In this document: positions 20,201-27,976 of the stretch, piece by piece
Layout of the letters: each line of letters begins with the position of its first letter
How positions within the stretch are numbered: position 1 is the stretch's first letter
Source of the DNA: Macrostomum lignano
Taxonomy: Eukaryota
Assembly (NCBI GenBank): GCA_002269645.1
Contig: NIVC01002035.1
Coordinates: 1-27,976, forward strand
Length of the DNA: 27,976 bases
Direction: 5' to 3'
Made by a program: the position numbers and the translations under genes
Notes under the pieces: generated by a model
Databases searched by the model: none
What the model was told of the DNA's origin: nothing
What the model saw: only the letters and a program-made list of their open reading frames with translations

Positions 20201-23200
20201 CCGACTACTGGCGGGGACTGGGCGCACCCCCAAGGCTAATCCTTGTGCTCTTTTACCTTGGGGTTGCGATAGGGGCCTCGCGGCCTATTCGCGGCGCCTG
20301 CGCCCCCCGTCAGTAGTAGTAGTAGTAACCATATTGCTGATGACAGAGACAAGGAGACTAAAAAGTTAGCGAAGCTTCAATTAGCAAGTTTTTGATTAAA
20401 TAGATCAGCCAGCTCTGCAGCCAGCCCAGCAAATTAGCAATCAGCCATGCGAGAATTTCTGTGCTGCGCAATGCAAATTCAATGTCCTCATTCGAGGTCC
20501 ACCACGCCGCTTGCAGTTTCAAGCGAGCCCCTCATTCGCACTTTTTGTATTCAGCTCTTCACATTAGCAATGCATATTTTATGCTGTTCGAAATCAATTG
20601 CCCGCTTCCTATGCGCTGCTCTGCCAAGCTGTTGCCATGGGCCTGTCGTCTCCACCCGAGCTCCCTAACCACAGCGCCCCCTGCTCTGCTCTGCCTGTAT
20701 TGCAAACCTCAGAGCAACTCCTGCCCGCCAATCAGGCGGTCATTTCTTCCGTCTCGTCCCTGCAAAATCTCGAGCATGCAGAACTGTCATTTTCGCGCTC
20801 AAAATGGTGGGAAATACTTCCCGGAGCAATAATTTAAACTTTGTTAAAGATTCCTTCGCATTCCGAGGTCCCAAACTGCAGTCAACTGGCATCCCTTCCG
20901 TTGATCCGCCCAACAGGCCACCTCACAAAAAGCCGTCACCGCCTTTGCCGCCGAGGATGCCGCCACCGCCGCCGCCCCCGCCGCCGCCTCGTAGGAGACA
21001 GTCGGCCGGCACCGCAGCCTCCACTTCGGCCCCAGCCTCCGCCATCGCCTGTCCGGGACCGCCAGAGCCGAGGACGGCGGGCATTGATTCGACCATCCCA
21101 CGCGCGACGTATGCCGAGCAGATCCGGCAGGCGCATCGACGGCTGCAGCCGCAGCAGAAGCACCCGCAGGCTGTTAGCCGGCACAGCTCCGTCAGCATCG
21201 TTACCTCCAGGCCGCCGGAGCTGCCGCCAAGAAGGTGCCGCCGTGATTCGCCCGCTAGGTGAGTGCTGGGCTGTCAGAATCAGGAGTGGAAAACAACTGC
21301 AATGGTTTGGTTGCTGGATTTTGAACGGATAGAAGTGGATAAGTGAGGCGCGGAGCAGGATTTACCCACCACACGCATAAGCAGGAAATCCAGCGGCTCA
21401 ACGGAGCCAGAAAACTGCAGCAACTCTCAGGGCCTTTCTGGCCAGTGCAGATTCAATCGTCGCTAAATTCTCCGAATGCCCAAATCGGGATCTGCGCAAT
21501 GATCTAATGGGAAACGTGTCCTCAAGCCATATCGATGGGATATTTTTCCCAAGGGCTGGGGATTCGTTTCTCTCTTGAGCTCCGAAGCATTTAAAGTTTA
21601 TCTGTGAAGCCGTGTTGCATGCCACTTGAGATCTGCCGTTCAATTTTAAGTGACTGGCCTCTCGAAACTGCATTGGCGGTGCAAAAGAGAAATGTGCTTT
21701 GCTCCCCATTTTGCGTCGTTGATTTCTGGGAAGCGGCTGCCCCGCTGCTGCAGCGGGAGCTCAATGGGAAATCTCCCAACCTATCGGAAGGCGCCGCTAG
21801 CGTTGCGACCGAAGCAGGAAACTCTTTCAAAAAGAAACTTTCTTTACAGTGCGCCAAAGTTCAAGAAAATTCTACCGTCTTTCGGGCCTGATCAGTTTCC
21901 CGGTGGCAGCACAACAAAGTTTTGGTCTTTATAAAATCCACAGACATGCAGGATTTGCAGGATTTGCTAGACAGAGAAGCTTCACTATCTGAGCCACGAT
22001 GTTTTTAAACTGGGGCGCTGCGATGAAAGCGTAAGTTTGCTCTCATTAAGTTTAATCCTGGCTCTCAAACACAATGTTCAATTTTCTATGGAATTTAATC
22101 CAATGAGGATGAAGAATTCAGGATAACGCAGGGCTATCACAATGGAGCGAATTATGACTGATTCCACGGTCGGAGCACGAAGGCAGCCAGACGCGAGCTT
22201 GGGGAAACGAGGCGCAAGGGATAAAAAATCGCAATGGCGGTACGGCAGTAGAGTGTCTGGTAGAAGCACTCACAATAATCGATTTACTATACAAAAAATA
22301 AGCGTTAATGCTGCAAGCGCAAGTGGCGATTGCTTTGCATTAAATGGATTTTAGGAAACAAAATATTTCCAGCTCTTTAGTAAAAAGAATTAACTTGGCT
22401 TTTGTGCATTGCCCGATGAATATTTTCACTAAGCTGATTGAGGAAAAAACACTGACTTGAAAAAATCTTCCCATTTTCTTGGCATCCCGATTTAAGCTGT
22501 TTTCAAGCAGCACTCTATCGGCGAGCTCTCCCGTGTCCGACGGGAAACAGTCTCGGAATTCGCATTTCCCAGACAGCAGGCCTGTGACAACTGCGCCTGT
22601 CAATCATGGCGCTCCCCAGTATCTCCCTCGGCATCTGCTGGTAGCGGCGTAATGACGGGCGCTAGTTCTGGCCGGAGCTCCCGGGAGACTTTTTCAGAAA
22701 ATATTGATTCTTCGCGGATGTCGCCGGGGCGCACATAATGGAGATAAATGCGGTGTTCACTGACTGTCTTGTTTAGTGTAAAAATAGCTTCGAACTTTGC
22801 ATAGGGCAGCTAAGCTTGATTTTCCTGCACTTTAGTTCCCTACGAGAATGATAAAAATGAGTCCCAGTTCACTCATAATTCACAGGATGGTTTTCATGAT
22901 AGATGAATCATCACAAAACTATGCCTTTTCATCCAACATTTCCACAGGTTTCACCAGGACTCGTACATCATGAACCGCAGTGGCTTTGCCAGAAGCGAGT
23001 CTGGAGGACAATTTCATCGACCAAAGCAGGACCGGAATGCCACGGGACTCGTTCCAGGTGCCCAAGGTGTCTCAGGAGCCACAAGTTCTCGAAAGCATGT
23101 CCACCAGCACCTTGTCAGCTCGCCCTCTCTGCCTGTGTCCCTATTGCAGCCTGATGTGCAGCCGCAAGCCCATGGGCAGCAACAGCCGGACAACTCCTTC

Positions 23201-23956
23201 GTTCGCTTGAGCCTTGAGTTTAACACAGAGCTGCGAGCGGCCCCAACTTTATCAAGCGACTCATCTGAGTCTCCAGAGTCGCCGAACTCTCCTTTCGCTA
23301 GTTTGTCACGTCCCTTTCCAGAGCTGGCAGAGCCCGAGGCCGCGGCGCCCCCCGAACCCGAGCTGGGCGATGACGCCGGTGGAGGCGATTCTGACGGTGA
23401 CGGCGCGGAAGACGAGCTGCTGCCGTTGTCAACACAGGACGCAGAGGAGCCGCACAACGAGTCGTTGGAGATGCTGCGGACAAACCTGGGCGACTTACGG
23501 CTTCGTCTTGCGCAAGCCGAAGCCAATCTTCTGGGCAGCTGGCGCCAACTGGTGATTGAGCGTTGCCAAGCAACCGGAGCCCTAGACAGCTATGATCGAT
23601 ACCTGAGTCGTCTTGGGCCCTTGGCTCGCCTGCGGTGCCAGCTCGACAGGCGTCGGCGTCGCCTACGTCAGCAACAGCAGCAGCTGGATGCAGCCGCCCT
23701 ACCAGCCGAGATGGAGGAGCTGCGCCAGAGGACCTGCGAGTTGGAAAGGCAACTTGATGAGGCTCGGCAGCTGGCCGGGTCGGTGGGCCGCAATCGGCGT
23801 CGCCTGTTGGCCGAGCTACGTAGACGGCTTGCTCCAGGCGAGCTGATGAAGCTGCAGGAAGCTGTTCAGCACCGAATGCTGCTGGCCGAGCAAGCGGAGG
23901 CCACCCGCATTCGGGTGCTGTGCGCACAGGAGCACCACAGCCCCTGCTCTTGCTGA
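17294..23956 (+). CDS. Shroom: Shroom-like protein with C-terminal ASD2 (Apx/Shroom domain 2), at least three exons
   Basis: The terminal exon 22948-23956 (acceptor ttccacag|G) encodes [79 protein letters not shown]. By eye this follows the ASD2 helical pattern (inference). The proline-rich exon at about 20850-21258 has donor AG|GTGAGT in phase 2 and splices in frame to 22948. The upstream exon 17294-17850 (ATG after gttgcag, donor CAG|GTCTGT) is assigned less securely. Confidence 0.68.
18565..20325 (+). mobile_element. 5'-truncated non-LTR retrotransposon (I/R1/LOA group: RT C-terminus + RNase H + CCHC), intronic insertion
   Basis: The ORF is uninterrupted to the stop at 20239. Motifs: GLKISVTKT and VKYLGVTL (RT domains 6-7), [18 protein letters not shown], RNase [51 protein letters not shown]. 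The tail is (AGT)5 at 20312-20326. An exact 13-bp TSD taaccatattgct lies at 18552-18564 and 20326-20338. Confidence 0.96.
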
Positions 23957-24756
23957 GTCATATTTACTTCGATTGGACTATTTTTCGTCACTTTCTGCCC
24001 AACTATTTTTCAATCTTTCTCTAAAAGCTTTGCAAAATCCGCATCAATCCTATGGAGCCCCGTCTTTTTATGCAAATAGACCCTGCTCGCATGTCAGAGC
24101 TTTCCAATCACAACTTGAGACGCCCGGTCAACGCTCTCACTTCACTTCCGGTCCGTTTGGGGCCGTTCGAAAAAATGTACAAATTAATAGACGGGAAAGG
24201 GAAACGCAAGCGGCATTGACTTCAAATCGCTTTGCTTTCGCTTCGTAAATACACAGTAGTTTACTAGCAAGCCTGAGTTTACAAAGAGCTCATTAACTTT
24301 AGAGCCCAGGCTCATGTAATTAACACAGTACGACTGCCCTACTTAGCTTTCTATACCGAAATACATGTAGCCACATAATCTTGAATGAAATATGCGGCAA
24401 TTACTAGTGATTCATTTATTGTAGCCGAGAATTCAGAAGAATTCTACTGGCAGTAGTATGCAATGGTTGTGCACAATCCAGCAGTTGAGATGCTAGCCCT
24501 TGACTAGACCCGAGTTAATTAAACGCGTCAGGTGCCTCTTCTCAGCTTGCTACATGCAACAGCGAAGTTTCAACTGCGCAGAAAAATCGACTGCGCAAGA
24601 GAAGCAAATGGTTCCTCGCTAAGAAAGACTTGGCCGCGGGTTTCTTCATTAACGAGATGCGCTCAAAATGCCTGCCTTAGTTTCGTTCGTTATGGCCCGC
24701 TACTAAATTAAAGTTTCGCAAACTTAAATGAAATTCACTTTTTACTTCATGTCCAG

Positions 24757-25908
24757 ATTGCGGGACGGCCCGCATAAACTACCTTGAATTGCTTCCTGCT
24801 GTATGCCTTTCATCCCCTTTGGCAGCAGCAGAGACTCGGCACAGACCTGGAATTGGGGGACTGGGAAACCCAGTTCCAAGACAGGGGGTCTGAGAGTCCC
24901 TCTGTGAGGCGGCTGTGTTGGGCCCAATGAAATGCGTCTGCGAAACAAATTTTACAGCAAAAATTTACCATTTTACCATTACTCTATCCCTCAGGCTCTG
25001 GCCGTGCTGCAGCTTTCAGTTTCTTCAAGAAAAATCAATTCAAACTCTTGATCACACGAAAGAGATATTTTCGATACATGAAGGACTAAACTTGCAGCCG
25101 AAGCTCATAAAACGCGCAGCTCAAGTTAGAGAGACTTTGCTCCAGACAGGATCCACCTGCTTCCCTGCCTCCGTTTCGTGCAGCTGCAGGCTCTGCTTTT
25201 CGTGCAGCCGTGGATTATGCAGAGGCTCAGCAGCGACAACCAGCGGGCAGTTGGCATGTTCGGTGAGTAGAAACCCCATGGCCCAGAGCCATTGCTATCC
25301 CAAATCGAACCAGAATAGAAACTATCTCGAGGCCTTGTTCCAAGTCAATCCCCAGAAAGCGCCGCAGCCCCTGCAGCGAATATGTTTTTGTATGGATCGA
25401 GCTCTGTGCGTCGGCATAGATCTTCATCATTGCCTCCCTTGCATGCGAGCGATGGCGGTGGAGCTGCGCAATTTGCGGCATCGAGGATTTTTACGTATTG
25501 GCCGTGGGTTTCTGCGCTCTCTGCACTCGATGCGGCTTTATAGCCCGGCTGGGTTCAACCCTGGCGAAGGAAAGGCAAGCGCGGAGGACAGCCAAAACTA
25601 TCGCTCAAATCTTAGGCCAGACATTTTCCTTTTCGAATTACCAAACGGCTCTCAATCACGTCTTTATCTTCAGTTGAAGAGCAGCAGCCACTGAATCAGC
25701 CACCGGTGGCTCAAGCTCTGTCCTGGATGCTGCCGTGGGGTGACTGCAGCCAGCCTCAGCAGCAGCACCACCACCAGACACAACTGGCGAGCCGAACGGA
25801 CGCGCTTCCTTCCGACGGCTGCTACAGCGGCAGCGGTGGCGCCAAGAGCACCGGAGAAGGTGGCAGTGGTACCGGGACTGGCACTCTTCCAGTTGGATTC
25901 TATACTGA
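24757..25908 (+). other. Probable multi-exon gene of uncertain identity, likely frameshifted (weak TBC/Rab-GAP-like resemblance)
   Basis: GC-rich blocks bounded by splice-like sites: acceptor catgtccag| at 24756; exon 25146-25262 (ctccag|...|gtgagt); a 93-bp intron to ccccag| at 25355; acceptor tctttatcttcag| at 25673 opening EEQQPLNQPP..QQQHHHQ, which ends at ga|gtgagt (25908). No single frame gives a recognisable protein. Confidence 0.35.
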
Positions 25909-26281
25909 GTGAGTCTGTTGTAGAACAGCGTGTAGCTCTGACAGGGCAGCAGTTGGATTCTATACTGAGTGAGTCTGTTGTAGGCGTGTAGCTCTGACAG
26001 GGCTCGGATTCTATTCTGAGTGAGTCTGTTGTAGAACAGCGTGTAGCTCTGACAGGGCAGCAGCCAGTTGGATTCTACTGAGTGAGTCTGTTGTAGAACA
26101 GCGTGTAGCTCTGACAGGGCAGCAGCCAGTTGGATTCTATTCTGAGTGAGTCTGTTGTAGAACAGCGTGTAGCTCTGACAGGGCAGCAGCCAGTTGGATT
26201 CTATTCTGAGTGAGTCTGTTGTAGAACAGCGTGTAGCTCTGACAGGGCAGCAGCCAGTTGGATTCTATTCTGAGTGAGTCT
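25889..26281. repeat. 64-bp minisatellite (CCAGTTGGATTCTATTCTGAGTGAGTCTGTTGTAGAACAGCGTGTAGCTCTGACAGGGCAGCAG), about 6.5 copies
   Basis: Copies 1-4 carry small deletions or substitutions; copies 5-6 are full length; copy 7 is partial. Confidence 0.95.
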
Positions 26282-27417
26282 CTAATGAAACTAGCAAAAT
26301 CTGGAGTTACGGTGGGGCAGCGGCAGCACTTGCTGGGCACTATACCTAGAGTCTATCCAAGGTTTTTCATGCGCCATAAGGACTCAGCTTGAATATCAGC
26401 CGCAATTAAGCAGAGCAGGGAAAAATAGAGCTTCACAGTAAAATCTGAGCAAAGCGAGAATGCTACAATCCACCCGACTATTTTCCCAACTCCTTTTAAA
26501 ACCGACGCCAGCTCAGCACTCCCAGACCGTGACTCAGACACTGAATTTTTTACTGAAAATTCAAAAGTGCCTACTTGCCCACGGAGTCAGTCGTCCTTGA
26601 TGAGGCGTAGTTGGGCGGACGCACCGCCACCAGCAGGCGCGCGCAGCCTACTTGGAGGACAAGCCGGCCCCCGAGCCGCCTGCAGTACCGATTTGACCCA
26701 GTTTTTGACACCCTGGCAACCCGAGTCCCACCGGGGCTTTCTACTTTCCCAAGACATTCCCAGGAAAGGAAAGAAATAAAGTCGACACAGGCCGCCTTCG
26801 AACTCTTTTTATCTGCTTTGCGATTAAAATTTTGCTGGAGCACACGCATTCCTCTTCAACGTCAAACTGCCGCATTCAACGAAGCCTTTAAAACTCCCTT
26901 TGCATGGAGTTTCCGCACCGAAGTAACTATCGAAATAATCAACACTAGGTTAAGATTGCCAAACTCCGCGATTGAGAAAGATTTTAAAGTATACGAGCTA
27001 TAGGCCTAAGTATGCGGGATCTGTCTGTGATCTCATGGCTCCGATATATTTTCAGAAACGTCACTACATGTCACCAAGGACACTACGAGCATATTCACAA
27101 AAATTGCGCCTACGATTTCGGGCTACTTTATTTATTGCTTCCTAAACTTGAAGATCTGAACACCAAACGCCCGAAAATATAGGGTGTCTCCATTGTACAG
27201 GATTTTCTTGCATCTACATCTAGTGGGAAACTAAACTACGAGGTTACTCGGTAGGGGACAAAAATCTGAACAATCTGGCCAAAAAAGTAACCTTCTACAT
27301 GCAATCGATTCGGAGATACAGACAGTTCAATGATCGGCCTTCAACTATTTTTGCACGAGTTGCAAGTTTTGCGTCCTTCTAGTCTAGTAGTCCTTGAGAC
27401 GAAGTCGAACCCCGTAA

Positions 27418-27679
27418 TAATAATATTATTGATTTTAACTGTCATAATAGCGCGATGTGTAACCTCAGCCGCGGCTATTTCGCAACGCATCTGAAGTCTT
27501 CAGTCCAAGAACTTGGATTGTCGCCACACACACACACCCTCAGTTACAGCTGGGTGAACTGAAGCAATGCAGAGTTAAGTGTCTTGCTCAAGGACACACA
27601 TTGTCTCGAGTGGGTCGAGAATCAAACCCCCGGCCTTCTAACACTAGTCCGACGCTCTAACACTAGGCTAAAACTCCCT
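27418..27679 (-). mobile_element. tRNA-derived SINE with CORE-like central domain, (TTA)n-like tail and 18-bp TSD
   Basis: Minus strand: A-box-like TAGCCTAGTGTTA (27670-27658) and B-box-like GGGTTTGATTC (27629-27619). The segment TGTGTCCTTGAGCAAGACACTTAACTCTGCATTGCTTCAGTTCACCCAGCTGTAA resembles the MIR/CORE domain. A (GT)n tract and an ATT-rich tail follow. The TSD is cgaagtcga[a/g]ccccgtaa at 27400-27417 and 27680-27697. Confidence 0.88.
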
Positions 27680-27976
27680 CGAAGTCGAGCCCCGTAACTG
27701 CATTGCCAAAGCCCCAGTTATAAAATTAAACAAAAAGTCTCATCAGCTGTTTTTCTCAAAACTGGCTTGAAATTCTTTTGCAGAAAATGAACTGTGGGCA
27801 CCGCATTTGGGCCGAAAGCCAGCTAGCTGCAGCAGGCGGGTGTCCTGCGCGGATCTTCAATACCCGTGCATTTCAGATGCAAATAGCGAAGGAGGCAGCT
27901 CGAGCCCCACCGCATGGCGCGACTGAAAAGTGGGGGAAAGCACGGCTGTAAAGACTTACACAACTGGCATGGCTGA

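Noticed and set aside
19066-23927. Antisense and overlapping ORFs over the LINE and the Shroom-like exons
   Set aside because: These are shadow frames of GC-rich coding sequence with no independent motifs.
25370-25625. Rhodopsin-GPCR-like reading (IFIIASLACERW...KERQARRTAKTIAQILG)
   Set aside because: It has an in-frame stop, too few residues between the apparent TM3 and TM6, and no TM4.
3896-26281. Arrays with 34-64-bp periodicity read as CRISPR arrays
   Set aside because: Units are directly adjacent with no unique spacers, there are no cas genes, and the context is eukaryotic introns or intergenic DNA.
26560-26790. GC-rich block read as a further exon of the 24757-25908 gene
   Set aside because: All three + frames are interrupted or unrecognisable and no convincing acceptor was found; there is not enough support to call it.

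Overview
Eukaryotic genomic DNA, not prokaryotic: it has GT-AG introns, AT-rich intergenic DNA, and many minisatellites and transposons. The style (GC-rich CAG/GCC-rich exons, dense minisatellites) suggests an invertebrate such as the flatworm Macrostomum; this is inference only. Host genes: a three-finger Kruppel-like factor (+, about 5440-6178), a six-exon fatty acyl-CoA reductase (-, 12387-7452, one -1 frameshift), a Shroom-like ASD2 gene (+, about 17294-23956), and an unidentified, probably frameshifted multi-exon gene (+, about 24757-25908). Mobile DNA: a piggyBac transposase with three -1 frameshifts but an intact DDD triad, running off the left edge; an internally deleted mariner; a young 5'-truncated RNase H-bearing LINE with a 13-bp TSD; and two tRNA-derived SINEs with TSDs. 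Seven distinct tandem-repeat regions have units of 15, 34, 21/50, 40-41, 43-45, 34-35 and 64 bp. I cannot support a CRISPR array or a new multi-gene system. The best leads are a 64-bp array that amplifies a splice junction, the LOA-like LINE with a (TAG)n tail, the divergent Shroom, a G4 minisatellite capped by a hairpin, and a 43-bp array with a DnaA-box-like 9-mer in every copy. All gene models and alignments were made by eye.
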